A DNA stretch of 64,000 bases from the NCBI GenBank assembly GCA_028826165.1, contig JAPDFW010000128.1:62001-126000 (forward strand), read 5' to 3'. The DNA is from Anaeramoeba ignava BMAN (Eukaryota > Protista > Anaeramoebae). The notes beneath the pieces were generated by a model. That model had not been told where the DNA came from and searched no databases. It saw only the letters and a list, made by a program, of their open reading frames with translations. The position numbers were made by a program, and so were the translations under genes. How positions within the stretch are numbered: position 1 is the stretch's first letter; every line of letters starts with the position of its first letter. Shown piece by piece: positions 1 through 14,024 of this stretch.

Positions 1-3000
1 AAGGATTTATTTTGATCATTTACTTTGCAGAAAAACAAGTCAACAAATTCTATGAAGTTAAGTTTTATCTTGAGAAAATGATTGGCTCGTTTCTTGGGAG
101 TAATAATTATAGTAATCAAATAAATCAATATCAGGTGATATTATTTGTTCAACTAGAACATGACTCACAACACAATCACTTTCCATTTCATTTTGAAAAT
201 GATTGGGAATATTATTATTTAGAAGATCTATATCCAAAATTGCCTCTAGATGATTTGCCAATAACATTTTCATCAACATTTGAAAAATTGAGAGAAAAAA
301 AAGAATTGGAAAAAATATACAGTTCTATTCTCGTTGTTTATCTTCCAAGAAGGGATCATTCTTCCAATATGAATTTGATTAAAAAGTTTGAAGAACAAGA
401 ATTTATGGAAAAAATCAAGAAAATGATTGATTTAGGAACAGAAAAGAATCACCTCATTTGCAAATGGGTTATTGATGAAATTATTCAAGGATTAAAAGCA
501 AAAACCTTGAATTATTCTTTATATGAAAAATTCATTTTGAGTATGTTTGATTTATTGGAAATATTTGTGCAAAATATTAACCAAGATGGAAACTTATTAA
601 TGTTGGAATCACAAAATTCAAGAAATTCAAGGATTACCAAACTGTGGATGACAATCTGGAAAAAAATGGAGATTCCTTTTTTTAAAATGGAGAATGTACA
701 TATCAAATCTTATCATAGCCAATTACCAAAATTGCAAATACCTTTTTCATCATCAATATTTTCAGCAATTCAAAAATACGAAAATATCCTTTCATCTCAT
801 CCAGTATTTCCTTTTATAAAACAGCATCTATCTGAATTTAAAAATGAAGGAATATATAAACATAGACATAACCAAATGGACTTTATAAACGAATATTTCC
901 AAGATTTTATCAAATTCGCACTAAATCCAGAACAAGAAAAGATTTTTAAATCCTTACATATAAATTTATTGGAATGGATTTCAAATCTAAATACAAAAGA
1001 AACCAATTTTGAAAATTCATCGCTAATTGATCTTCACAAAATTTATTTTGAAAAAATTCATCCCCATTTAATTTATTTGATTTCACTTGCTTCAACTATC
1101 AACTACAGTCCAACAGATGGTAAATTTTCGTTTTTATCATTTATGGAGCAATTAACCAATAAATCAAATGAAGATCCAGAATTGAAGAAAGAGATATTTA
1201 ATCTTGATTCAACTAGAATGGAAGAAATGATTAATTTTTTTGTGGAAGCCCAAAAAAATGAAAAGAAATTTCGTCAGATGAAGAAAAATTGGGATATTCA
1301 ATTCTTTAATGCTAATTTCCCGATCAAATTGGAAAAACTCGATCATAACCAAAGCATTGAGGAGCATTGCAAAGCAATTGAAAGATATTATTCTATTGAT
1401 AAAATTTCAATAAATTTATTAAAGAAATTATTTAGTGAACAAGGAAATTATTTAGAAATCCAAATTTGCAAACGATCATATAAAACAAACGATAAAATGT
1501 ACTTAACAATGAAATCAGATGGAGAAACAAATAAAGAAAAATGTCCCATTTGTTCAAAGACACTTAGAGGAAATGATTCTCATTTCGAATCTATTGAAAA
1601 AAAAGATCTTGAAAAACACAGAAACTATGTCCGTGGAATTGCTGACAAATTTGTTAGATGTTTATCATTTTATGGAGATTTGCTTTACCGAAAATTGATT
1701 TTCTTGAAGAAACGAACAAACAATTACAATCTGAATTCCATTAAAGAATTTTTGAATTATTTAAACCAGAAAGTTAAGTTGTTTTATCAAATGGATTCAA
1801 TTCAGACTCTTTATCTAGTATATTTTCCTTTATTCAAAAATTTACTCTGGTTATATAATGATAATGATAATGATAATGATAATGATATTTATGAATTTAT
1901 TGAAGAAGAATTAAGTAATAAAAACACAAATTCATTACATAAAAAACCAGAAAATATTATTATTCTTGTTTGCACAAAAATTATTTACGAAAACCATGAT
2001 TTATTCACTGCATTATCTTCAAAAAATTTGAGTGAATCAAGTTTTGTTAAATCGGAATCCAAGAATATTTTTTCCAATTTTGAGAAAGATTTTTCTGTAA
2101 AGAAGGTGATAAAAATTATCGATAAGGTTATCTATTCCGTGAAAGATCCTCTAACATTCATCAATAGATTTACAAATAGCTTGAGCAGAAGAAATGCAAG
2201 AAAATGGACGAAGTTTATATTACGTCAAATTGAAAAAATACACGGAACAAAATTTCTGAAAATCCTTATTGAATGTGATTTTCCTGACAAAATCCGAAAC
2301 CTTTCATTTTTGAAACCTATTATTACCGAAAATGAGGATTACTTACCTAAATTCCAAATTCCAAACAAAAAGTACGAAAAAACACTTTTATACTATTATG
2401 AAGAAAAGCAAAACAAGAATGATCTGTCGAGCAAATTTAAGGAGTGGTATATTAGTTACCTCTCCGAAAATAGAATCAATTATCTGGATTCTAAGTTTTA
2501 TTTGCATTTTGACAAAATCGAAGATCAATTCCAAAATAAAGAAATTTTCAAAATGGTTATTCATTCTGTTGAAATGTTGGGAGCTTTAAAACTAGAACCA
2601 TTCAACTATTTGTTTTCTTCAGATCTTTTATTTGAATCAGGAGAAGCTGAAATAAAAGTAAATAAGCTTTCTAATTGGTATTGGCCTGGAATGGGAGTGC
2701 ATCCTTTTTATCAAAAAATAACAGAGGAAGATCGTTCCTGGACATTATGTTCTAATAGACATTTGAATTTTTCAAAGTTTTTATATGAAAGATTACAAAA
2801 TTGGTGTGGCTTTTGTAAAACCGAATTGTCACCAAATATAAAAGAGAAAATTGATCAAGCTTTTCTCGAAAACGCTTTATCATATTGTGTTTCAAGTTTT
2901 CCCAATAAAAATCCGGGACTCACACTCAGGAAAATGCATCCAATAATCTTCAGAATAATTCGGTTATTTATTCATTTGTCAATTCTTCCTGTTGCGATAA

Positions 3001-4791
3001 TGAGCGATAAATTTTGCGATCATTTCATTCGAATAATCAATGAGTGTGTCTTCAAGCCTGAAAACAAGACTCAATTAGTTCAGCAATTATTTGATCATAT
3101 TGAGGATGACTTATCAATTTTAGCAGGATTGTTATCTCTTTCAATTTATCAATCAATGATTTATTACCACAACATTTTGGATTTGATTTCGAAACAAAAA
3201 ATTCCAAATTTATTGTTGAGAAAGGATTTCTTCAAGGAAACAAAAGCAAGAGATGCATTCGAAAATCTTTTTTCAACAGTTTATAATCAGCACCACCATA
3301 ATATTATGAAAAGAATGAGAAAATTGTCAAGTTGCTTGGAGCAACCAAAAAATAGTATTAATTTGTTTGAGTTTGAGAAAGCAACTTTATTTCCTGTTGT
3401 GAATTTGTTTTATCAAAATCGACAAAAAAACCAATATCCATGGGTTCAATTTATAATTACAAATGTAACAGAATTGGAAATTTTAAATTTATTTGAAGGA
3501 TTTGTGAAATTTTCAAGCTTTTTGGTTGAAAAATTGAATGGAAAAATTACAAAATTAGAATCTGAAGATATTACCATTTCGAAAGTTTTAGAAGAAGAAA
3601 AAGATAATTTTCAACTAAGGAATAATTATTCTCAATTTAAGCGATTTTGGAAACTAAGCGCACCTTTTTTGAAATATCTAACAGTTGTTAAAGAAATGAA
3701 ATCTGAAAAATTTAAGAGTGAAATTAATAAAGAAACTCCTATTAGTGTTTGTTTACCAGGAAAAAATGATGAAAACTTAATGGTTCCAATTTTAATTGAA
3801 AATTTTATTCATATCCATAATTATTTTGTTAAATATCTATTTGGCAAATCTGTTCAAAGTTCCAAATTCAAATTTCCCATTTCATCACATATTTTAGATC
3901 CAACCAGGTTTATAAGATTTAATATTGGAGAATTTGCAGATTTCGTCACTTATAATAGCAGTATTGATATTGATAGAGCAGAAGAGTTTATTAAGCAAAA
4001 GTTTTCAAATTTAACCCATTTAACAATTTTCGATTTAGAAATGGAATATTTCAAATTTTATGGTGAATATAAAGAGACTGATTGTAGTTTTCTTCATAAT
4101 CCAAAGTGGAATCAAGAGGATATGTTAATGATTGAATGGGATGAAATTGAAACAGAATTAGAATATTATGGTTTTTGGGAAATTTGCAAGAAAATGATTG
4201 AAATTATTATCATTTCGATTTTGAAGAATGAATATCAAAATCAAATTGAAAATGAAAATCAAAAATTTTGAAAATGAAAATCAAAATGAAAATGAAAATG
4301 AAAATCAAAATCAAAATCAAAATCAAAAATTTGGAGAATTATCTATAAAGGAATTTTTACAAAATGATTTGGGATGTATTCAATTTAACAATGTTTTGGA
4401 AAAGGCACAAAAATTCAGTCAATTTTCTAAAATGAAACATCTTCTATTTCTTCAAAATCAATTCAAAAATAATTTCAATACTATTTTAAAAGAACTTCCA
4501 GACAAATTCAAAAAAGAAATGATAGTATTCCAAATTTCTTCAGTAGAAAAATGTTTGAAAGATTTAAATATTCCTGAATTTTTCCAAGTTTTAAAAGAAT
4601 TTATCAAAAAAATAAGAAATAATATTAATAGTAATTATCCAATTAAATCATTAATTCTTTTTTCGATTGAAGATAAGAATTCAAAGATTTATCAAAATAT
4701 CGAAAATAATTTTGATAATCAAAAAACGATTTTAATGGCAAATACTTTTCATCTTTATGAATTTTTACTTCAAAAAACGAAAAGAAAATAA
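1..4791 (+). CDS. RNF213/mysterin-like large E3 ligase, C-terminal part (5' end lies outside the window; probable 1-nt frameshift at ~4262-4265 joins ORF 12-4271 to 4228-4791)
   Basis: RING remnant CPIC (~1542-1553) and RZ-finger-like CSNRH...CGFC (2748-2816), followed by RKMHPIIFRIIRLFIHL, FDHIEDDLSILAGLL and KARDAFENLF, which align in order with RNF213 post-RZ motifs. Removing one A from caaaaat restores the ENQN frame. Confidence 0.7.
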
Positions 4792-4942
4792 TCAAAAACA
4801 AAACAAAAAAAAATCAAAAATAAAAATCAAAATAAAAATCAAAAAATAAAAATCAAATAAAAAATCAAATAAAAAAAGTGGAACAAAAAATATTTTTTCA
4901 TTTTTCATTTTTCATTTTTCATTTTTTTTTTTTTTTTTTAAA

Positions 4943-5101
4943 ATGTCTTTCCAAATTAAATGGCCAAAATTTGATCAATCTATAATTGAAAAAACAAAAT
5001 CAACAATTTCAGAAAAATTAAATATTTTAGAAACACCTATTCTTGATGATGAAGTTGAAGTTGTTTCAATTTTCTTTTTGTTTTTAATTAATCAGAAATA
5101 G
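4943..5101 (+). pseudogene. Orphan 5' fragment of an SMP-domain ERMES-like protein (Mdm34/Mdm12-type N-terminus), 52 codons
   Basis: MSFQIKWPKFDQSIIEKTKSTISEKLNILETPILDDEVEVVSI resembles the Mdm34 start M(A/S)FxFNW...LN...PIIVDDIxV. It is preceded by a TCATTTT array, then runs into poly-T and a stop. No downstream exon was found. Confidence 0.45.
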
Positions 5102-5267
5102 ATTTTTTTCTTTTTTTTTATATTATTTTTTTTTTGAAAGGAAAAGAAAAATTAGGAAAAAAAAATTTGAGAATTTTTGATTTGAATTTTTGGTTTGAAT
5201 TAATTATTTTCCAAAAAATTCAAAAATAGAGTGAATCAACTTATTTTTGTTGATTAAATAAGTTCTT

Positions 5268-6790
5268 TTATAAATCCAACGAAATGAATGAAAGATATAC
5301 GAAAAGAATCGTTAATAATAGCATTCCTACAGGCTTGAAAAATTCCAGAAATATATGAGATATACTTTTTAATTTTTGTTTTTGTTGTGGTTCTTCTTGT
5401 GGTTTGTTCTCATTTCTTTGTTCAGGTTTTTTTTTTCTAAAAAATGAAAAAAAGAACTCAAAAATCTTAAATAAAAACAATATTGCTAACATATCTTTGC
5501 TAGATTTTTTAATATAATATCCTAAATCGATTCTTTCCTGCATTTCATCAATCTCATCATTTTTAATTTCATTTTCAATTTTAATCTCATTTTCATTTTC
5601 ATTTTCGTTTTCATTTTCATTTTCATTTTCAATTTGATTTTCATTTTCATTTTGATTTTCAATTTGATTTTGATTTTGATTTTCAATTTGATTTTGATTT
5701 TGATTTTGATTTTCAATTTGATTTTCAATTTGATTTTGATTTTGATTTTCATTTTGATTTTCATTTTCAATTTGATTTTCATTTTCAATTTGATTTTGAT
5801 TTTCGTTTTCATTTTCAATTTTAATCTCGTTTTCATTTTCATTTTGATTTTGTAATTGATTTTCATTTTCAATTTGATTTTCATTTTCATTTTCATTTTC
5901 ATTTTCATTTTGATTTTGATTTTGATTTTGATTTTGATTTTCATTTTGATTTTGATTTTGATTTTGATTTTGATTTTGATTTTCATTTTCAATTTGATTT
6001 TGATTTTCATTTTCAATTTGATTTTCATTTTCATTTTCATTTTCAATTTGATTTTGATTTTTAATTTCATTTTCAATTTTAATCTCGTTTTCATTTTCAT
6101 TTTGATTTTGTAATTGATTTTCATTTTCAATTTGATTTTGATTTTGATTTTGATTTTGATTTTGATTTTGATTTTGATTTTGATTTTGATTTTGATTTTG
6201 ATTTTGATTTTGATTTTGATTTTGATTTTGATTTTGATTTTGATTTTGATTTTGATTTTGGTTTTGATTTTGATTTTGATTTTCATTTTGATTTTGATTT
6301 TGATTTTCATTTTCATTTTCATTTTCATTTTGATTATCATCTAAATCATCTAAACCATCTGAAACATCTAATCATCTTCATCTGAATCATCTTGTTTTTC
6401 ATCTTCATTTTCATAATATCCATCTCCATTTTCATAATCTCCATCTTCATTAAAACTAATTGTTGTTGCTTTTGTTATATTAATATATCTATCAATAGTA
6501 TTATCTTTATCACCTTTTGACCATTCTTCCAATAATAGTATAATATGATGTTTCCCTTTTTTTAAATGAAATGTTTTTCTAAAATAAGGGTTTTCGTGAT
6601 TTAATGCTTCTTTTGGCTAATTTTTTTTATTGTTAAATTTTTTTTTGAATGCGAATTTTTTTTATAAATTAAAAAATAAAAAGAAAAATTATAAATTAAA
6701 ATAAATTCAAACCAAATCATCGATTTTAATTGAGACTCCTTTTAATTGTTTTCTAATTTGAATTTGAACTGGAACTTCGTCTTCATTCAT
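5268..6790 (-). CDS. Hypothetical protein with long NQ/NE tract and two C-terminal hydrophobic segments; exons 6790-6713 and 6616-5268, 1-nt frameshift near 6370
   Basis: ATG at 6790, GT-AG intron 6712-6617 (phase 0), acidic linker, (AATCAA/AATGAA)n tract, then ORF 5268-5543 with TM-like stretches. Confidence 0.6.
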
Positions 6791-7244
6791 TTTCTTTTTT
6801 TTTTTATTATTTAAAAAGGAAAAAAAAGGAAAAAAAGGAAAAAAATGATTTTTTAATTTTTTAATTTTTTATTTTTTATTTAACGAAACTTTCCTAAAAA
6901 TTAAAATTAAATCCAAATCTAAATTCCAATTAAATCTAATCCAAATCTAAATTCCAATTAAAATTCAAATTCCAATTAAATCCAAATCTAAATTCCAATT
7001 AAATTCCAATCAAATTCAAATTCAAATTCAAATTCCAAATTAAAATTAAAATCAAAATCCAAATCAATCAAAATCAATCTAAATTCCAATCAAATCCAAA
7101 TTAAAATTTAAATTAAAAAAAAAAGAAAGAAAAAGGAGAAAAAAATTAAAATTAAAAAAAAAAGGAGAAAAATTAAATTAAAAAAAAAATAAAAAAAGAA
7201 AAAAAATTTTTTTTTTCATTTTTTTCATTTTTACTTGTTCGAAT

Positions 7245-7575
7245 GTAAATATAAAATAATAATTTTAATTATTAATTTAAAAAGAAAAACAAAAAGAAAA
7301 ACAAATAATTTAATTCATAGTTTTGTTTTCTTTACAAATTGCTCAATAAATTTATTAAAATTAAAAACAAAAACAAAAACAAAAACAAAAACAAAAACAA
7401 AAACAAAAACAAAATTAAAATCAAAAACAAAATTAAAAACAAAAACAAAAACAAAAACAAAAACAAAATTAAACACAAAATTAAAATTAAAATTAAAATC
7501 AAAAACAAAAACAAAATTAAAAACAAAATTAAAATTAAACAATTATTTTTCATTTTTTTTATTCAATTATTTTAG
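7245..7575 (+). other. Probable 5'-UTR intron of RPL6
   Basis: GTAAAT at 7245 just after a TCATTTT initiator-like pair (7216-7231), AAAAAC/AAAATT repeat fill, and TTTAG at 7575, 3 nt before the ATG. Confidence 0.6.
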
Positions 7576-7578
7576 AGA

Positions 7579-8911
7579 ATGTCCACAAAACAAGAAACCT
7601 TAATTGAAAATGATTCAGAAAACGTGAACAACTCTAATAACGAAATGGAAGTAGATAAAAAGAAAGAAAAAGATTTATATAAACAATATTCACTTTATCC
7701 AAAAAAACGTGTAACAAAAACTCAAAAAATTATAAAAAAAGCACCAAAACTTAGAAAATCAATTACACCTGGTAATTTTACAATTAAAATCAAAATTCAT
7801 TTATAAATTTGAAATTAATATCAAAAATAAAATTAAAATTAAAATTAAAATTAAAATTAAAATTCATTTATAAAATCAAAATTAAAATTAATATTAAAAT
7901 TAAAATTAAAATTAAAATTAAAAATTAAAAATTAAAATTAAAAATTAAAATTAATATTAAAATTAAAAATAAAATCGAAATTAAAAATTAAAATTAAAAA
8001 ATTAAAATTAAAAAATTAAAATTAAAATTAAAAATTAAAATTCAAAATTAAAATTAAAAATAAAATTAAAATTAAAATTAAAATTAAAATTAAAATTAAA
8101 ATTAAAATTCATTTATAAAAATAAAAAGGAACTGTTCTTATTTTATTAACTGGAAAAAACAAAGGAAAAAGAGTTGTCTTTTTAAAACAATTACCATCTG
8201 GTTTATTATTAGTTACAGGTAAAAAAATTTAAAATTCATTTATAAAATTAATATTAAAATTAAAATTAAAATTAAAATTAAAATTAAAATTAAAATTAAA
8301 ATTAAAATTAAAATTAAAATTAAAATTAAAATTAAAATTAAAATTAAAATTAAAATTAAAATTAAAATTAAAATTAAAATTAATATTAAAATTAAAATTA
8401 AAATTAATATTAAAATTAATATTAATATTAAAATTAAAATTAATATTAATATAAAAATTAAAATTCATTTATAAATTTAAAATTAAAATTCATTTATAAA
8501 ATTAAAATTCGTTTATAAAATTAAATTCATTTATAAAATTAAAAATTAAAAGGACCTTATTCAATTAATGGAATTCTTCTTTCAAGAGCTAATCAAAGAT
8601 ATGTTATTGCAACTAAAACCAAAATTAATATTGAAAATGTGAAAATTCCAGAAGAAGTAAATGATGATTTATTCAAACAAAAGAAAGAAAAAGTTGAAAA
8701 AGAAAAAAGTGAAAAAGATCTTCTTGATGGAGAAGTTGGAAAAAAGAAAAAGAAAGAAAAAAAAGTTATTCCTCAAGAAAAACTTGACAGACAAAAGATT
8801 ATTGATGAACCAATTTTAGAAGAAATCAAAAAAGAACCACTTCTTGAACGTTATCTTAAATCTCTTTTTAGTTTAACTAATGGTCAATTCCCTCATAAAA
8901 TGGTTTTCTAA
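7579..8911 (+). CDS. RPL6: 60S ribosomal protein L6 (eL6); exons 7579-7771, 8129-8218, 8553-8911
   Basis: Spliced product reads [44 protein letters not shown]...QRYVIATKT...[19 protein letters not shown]. Both introns are GT-AG. Confidence 0.97.
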
Positions 8912-9181
8912 ATTTCAAATTCGTTTCTTTTTTTTCATCAATTTTTTTTTTTTGCTTCATTTCTTTTTACTTTCAAAAACTTACATAATAACGAAAAAAC
9001 AAATTTTTTTTACACAATTTTATCTTCAATTTAGAGAAAATTCAACTCAAAAATGATTTTTTTTTTCTTTTCTTTTTCTTTTTAAGAAATAAATTTTTTC
9101 CTTTTTAAAATTAAATTTTGTTTTTTTTTCAATTAAAAAAAGAATTCATTTTTTTTTTTAAATTTAAAATTTTATTATTTA

Positions 9182-11508
9182 AATGACAGAAAAAGATTTT
9201 ACAACAAAAATATAAATTATTAAAAAAAAAATACAAAGAAATCTTATCTAAACAAACAAAACAAGAAGAAAATGATGAACTCCAAATGCAAATTATGGTT
9301 GAAGATGAATCAAAAAAATGGAGTTTATTACAAAATCAAGTTCAAAATCATCTTTATTCATTAACATTAAATAGCACTCAAGAAGAAATTGATTCTGTTA
9401 TGAATCTTCTTCAAGAAGTTGTTATTAAATTTTATGAAAATGAAACTTTAGAAACAAAACTTCATATGGCTAAAGCAGAAGCTAAAGTTCAATTATTAAA
9501 ATCCCAAAAAAAACAAAGAAAGCAAAAATTGATTAAAATGGATTCTGTTTTAAATGATATTCAAAAACAAATTCTTCAAATTAAATTAGAAAAAGAAAAA
9601 GTTATTGAAGAAGCAAAAGATATTTTGAAAGAATATTCACTAAATTTAAGAAATACAAACGAGAATTCAATTCAAAAATCAAAACTGCAATATCAGCTCG
9701 AATTAAATCAAAATCAATTTAAAAATGAAAATGAAAATCAATTTAAAAATGAAAATGAAAATCAATTTAAAAATGAAAATGAAAATCAAAATGAAAATCA
9801 AAATGAAAATCAAAATCAATTTAAAAATCAAAATGAAAATGAAAATGAAAATGAAAATCAAAATCAAAATCAAAATCAAAATCAAAATCAAAATGAAAAT
9901 CAAAATGAAAATCAATTACAAAATCAAAATGAAAATGAAAATCAAAATCAAAATCAATTTAAAAATCAAAATCAAAATCAAAATCAATTTAAAAATGAAA
10001 ATCAAAATCAAAATCAAAATCAAAATCAAAATCAAAATCAAAATAATGAAAATGAAAATGAAAATCAATTTAAAAATGAAAATAAAAATAAAATCAAAAA
10101 TTCGAATAATGATGTTTCTGTTGAATCTTTACTCACAAAAGTTAGTGATTTGGTTCAAGAAAATTTTTCATTAAGAGAAGAAATTCGTCAAAAAGATGAA
10201 TGGATTACTCAAACTAAAAAATTTAATGAAGAAAATAATGATTCAAAAAATCCAATTAATTTGAAAGAAATTATTAAACACAAAAAAGAAAAAATTCATC
10301 AATTAAAAGAAAAAATTTCAATTTATCAACAATATTTAAGTGATTTTCAATTAGATTTTGATGAAAATCAAAAATTATTGTTATTTCAAGGAAGTCAAAT
10401 ACATCAACAAAAACAAGAAATTGAATTATTAATGGGAACAAAAAATCAAAATCAAAACCAAAATGAAAATCAAAATGAAAATGAAAATGAAAATGAAAAT
10501 GAAAATGAAAATGAAAATAAAAATCAAAATGAAAATCAAATCCAAAATCAAATTCAAAATAAAAATCAAATTCAAATTCAAAATAAAAATCAAAATCAAA
10601 TTCAAAATCAAATCCAAAATCAAATTCAAAATAAAAATCAAAATCAAAATCAAAATCAAAATCAAAATCAAAATGAAAATAATTTAGATTTAAAAAATAA
10701 AGAAGATAATGCTTTTATTGAACAATTTGAAAAAGCTCAAAAAGAATTATTAGAAAAACATAAATCATTTATAAAATTAGAAGAAGAAATGAAAAAAAGG
10801 AATCTCAAAATTCCAGAAAATTCTTTATCAAAACAAGAAATTGCAAAAATGAAGTATATGAAACCAGCAATTATAAACCATAAAAAAAATGTATTTTATC
10901 AACCAAAAAAAGCAAATAGAAAAAGTGTTTCTTTTTCGGGAGTTAAAGATGATCCTGAAATTGTTATTCAACGTAAATCCACTCAGGAAATTGCAGAATC
11001 ATTAAAACTTCCATTTGATAGAAGAAGATATCAAAGAGGAACAAATTATGGAAGAAGAGGAAATTTATATCAAATAAAAAAACCATTATTCCAAATTTCA
11101 AAAAATTTAAATCAAAATCAAAATCAAAATCAAAATCAAAATCAAAATCAAATTCAAAATCAAAATTCAAAAATCAAAAATCAAATTCAAAATCAAAATC
11201 AAAATCAAAATCAAAATCAAAATCAAAATCAAAATCAAAATCAAAATCAAAATCAAAATCAAAATCAAAATCAAAATCAAAATCAAAATCAATTTGAAAA
11301 TCAAAATCAAAATCAAAATCAATTTCAAAATCAATTTAAAAATCAAAATCAAAAATCTCCTTTAAAAGCTCCTTCTGAAAATGAAATTCCTATTGAAATT
11401 GATAGTGATTCAAATGATTCAAATAGTTGGACTGATACAAGTGAAACAAGTAGTTTTACTTTTTCTTCAAGTGATGATGAAGAAAAGAAAAAAAGAAAAG
11501 AAAATTAA
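9182..11508 (+). CDS. Coiled-coil protein with three NQ/NE tracts (true start probably 9182, with a homopolymer frameshift near 9206-9211; ORF track starts at 9286)
   Basis: Long ORF with heptad-rich segments. Upstream ATGACAGAAAAAGAT joins in frame if one A is removed. Confidence 0.6.
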
Positions 11509-11688
11509 ATTAAATTAAATGAAAATAAAAGATAAATTGTGATAAAAAAAAAAAGAAGAAAAACAATTTTTTTTCTTTAATTCTCCTTTCTTATTAAAAA
11601 TAAATTTAATTTAAAAAAATAAAAATTAATTTTTTTTTTCCTTTTCATTTTTTTTTTTAATCAAAAATTAACCGTTAAAAAAAAATTT

Positions 11689-13646
11689 ATGATAAAAAAT
11701 AGTTTCATAACTGAAGTAATGAATTTAGAATTTGAATACCAAGAACAAGAACAAGAATTACTTGAAAAAGAAAAAAGTATCCAAAATCTTGAAGAAAATT
11801 ATGAAGTTTTACAAAAAGCTTATGATTCACAAGAAAAAAATTTACAAAAAATAAGAGAAAGTAATTCTAAACTTAATGAAGATAATAATTTACTTTCATC
11901 AGAAGTTAATCATTTAAATGAACAAGTTGAAGTGCTTCAAACAAAATTGCAAAAAAACGAAAATGTTTTTGAAGAAAATGTACATTTACAAGAACAAAAT
12001 CAAACACTTTCATTATCAAACCAAGATTTAATGGATAAAATCAAGAAAAAAGAAGCGGAAATTGAAGAGATATTAACAGAAAAGGAAAAATATAAGAAAT
12101 ATTATATGGACATGGATAAAGAAAATGAAGGATTAACTGATACTTTGAAAAAACTTGATTTGGAATTCAAACAAAAAACGGATGAACTTCATGAAATAAT
12201 TAAAAAACAAAGTTTGCAAATCCAAAAACTAGAAGAATCGCACTTGAAAGACTTACAAGAAAAAGAAAACTTATTCAATGAAAGAAATCTTTTGGCTGAA
12301 GAAATTTTGCGGCTTAAAAAGCAACTTGCGGAAAAGAAAAGATTGCTTAATTTTTACAGAGATCGTTCAGACGAACTTGGAAATCAATTGCAAAAAATGG
12401 AATCTCAAACAGGAAGAACAAAAAGTAGAGTTCTTGATAGAGAAACAAGCAGGATTTATGGTAATTTGATTAAAGGCAATTTGTTTGATGAACTCCAAGG
12501 AATGCTTACAAAACAACAATTTAGAGCCCTTTCTAGACAAATTACAAGATTGAGTGTTCATGGTAATTTGGATTTCGATATTCTTACTGGAAATCAACCT
12601 CAACCTGAAACTAAACCTCAAGTCCAAAGCGATAAAAAGAAAGGATTAAATATTGAAGATCCATTCCAAAAGAAAAAAGATGAAATTCAAAAAAAGAGAA
12701 TAAGTCAAATTCAAAATCAATTGAATCAGAAACAAAATCAATTTAATCAAAAACTAGAAAATGAAATTCAAAAAAAAAAAGAAAACGAATTTAACCAAAA
12801 ACAAGACAATGAAATTGAGAAAAAAAGAAAAATCAATTTAACCAAAAACAAGACAATGAAGTTGAAAAAAAAGAAAAAAATCAAATTGAACAAAAACAAG
12901 ACAATGAAGTTGAAAAAAAAGAAAAAAATCAAATTGAACAAAAACAAGACAATGAAATTGAGAAAAAAGAAAATCAAATTGAACAAAAACAAGACAACGA
13001 AATTGAAAAAAAAGAAAAAAATCAATTTAACCAAAAACAAGACAATGAAGTTGATTTTGATAATTTAATTGAAATTCAACCTTATTCAAATCAAGTTGAT
13101 CATGACAGTTCATATGAAACAGCTGATTCTGATATGACTGACACTGATGTAGATAATTTTGATGAAAACGAAATTGATAATAAAAACAAAAACAAAAACA
13201 ATAACAATAACAATATTCATAACAGTACACCTTTTCCTGATAAAGATCTTGAAAAAAAATCAAAACAAATTATTAATGAAATTGTCAAGAAAGAAATTGT
13301 CAAGAAAGAAACCCAAGATATTTCTGAAGAATTATTAGATTCATCAATAGTTTGTGAAGTTTTTTTCTATCTTCTTGTGATCTCAACAAAAGTTCATTTA
13401 GAAGTATCTCAAATTGAAAATCCAATTACTTTAAAAATTACCCCTAAAGATATTCATAGATTTTTTCTTCAAATTTGTTCTAGACAAATTCCTTTCCATG
13501 AATGGAAATTTTGGGTTGAAAAAAAACTTGACAATATTCTTTATCAACAAAAAAATCAAAAAAAAAGACTTCCTTCAATTCCACTTGAAAATCATTATCC
13601 AAGTTTTTCAAAAAAATTTATGAAATTAAATACTTTCTTGAATTAA
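11689..13646 (+). CDS. Coiled-coil protein with 16-aa repeats (NQKQDNEIEKKEKNQF-like) and a small C-terminal globular domain; frameshift near 12820-12830
   Basis: ORFs 11689-13068 and 13134-13646 become continuous if one A is added in the run at ~12820-12826. Confidence 0.6.
12790..13055 (+). repeat. Coding minisatellite, ~45-48-nt unit, about 5-6 copies
   Basis: Recurring aa(c)caaaaacaagacaatgaa(a/g)ttga...aatcaa. Confidence 0.85.
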
Positions 13647-14024
13647 AAAAAAAAACCAATTTTTTTATTCCCTTTTTTTCTTTTTCTTTTGAAATGTTAT
13701 TTTTTTTTTCTCAATAAAAATTAAAACAAAAAAAGGAAACAAAACAAAATTTAAATTTAAATTAATTTTTATTTTGTTTATTTAAAAAAAATTAAAAAGG
13801 AAAAAAAAGGGTTTTATTTTAATTTTGATCTTTTTTTTTTTCTTTTTTAAAAAATTTTTTTATTTCGAAAAATTGTTTTCATTTTTATTTTTAAATTCAT
13901 TTTTTAATTTATTTTTAAATTCATTTGTTTTTCTTTTAAATTAAAAAATTAACTCCATCAAAAAATTCAAAAACATCAAAAAAATAAATAACTGAATCAA
14001 CAAAAAGAAAAACATTTTCCCAAA

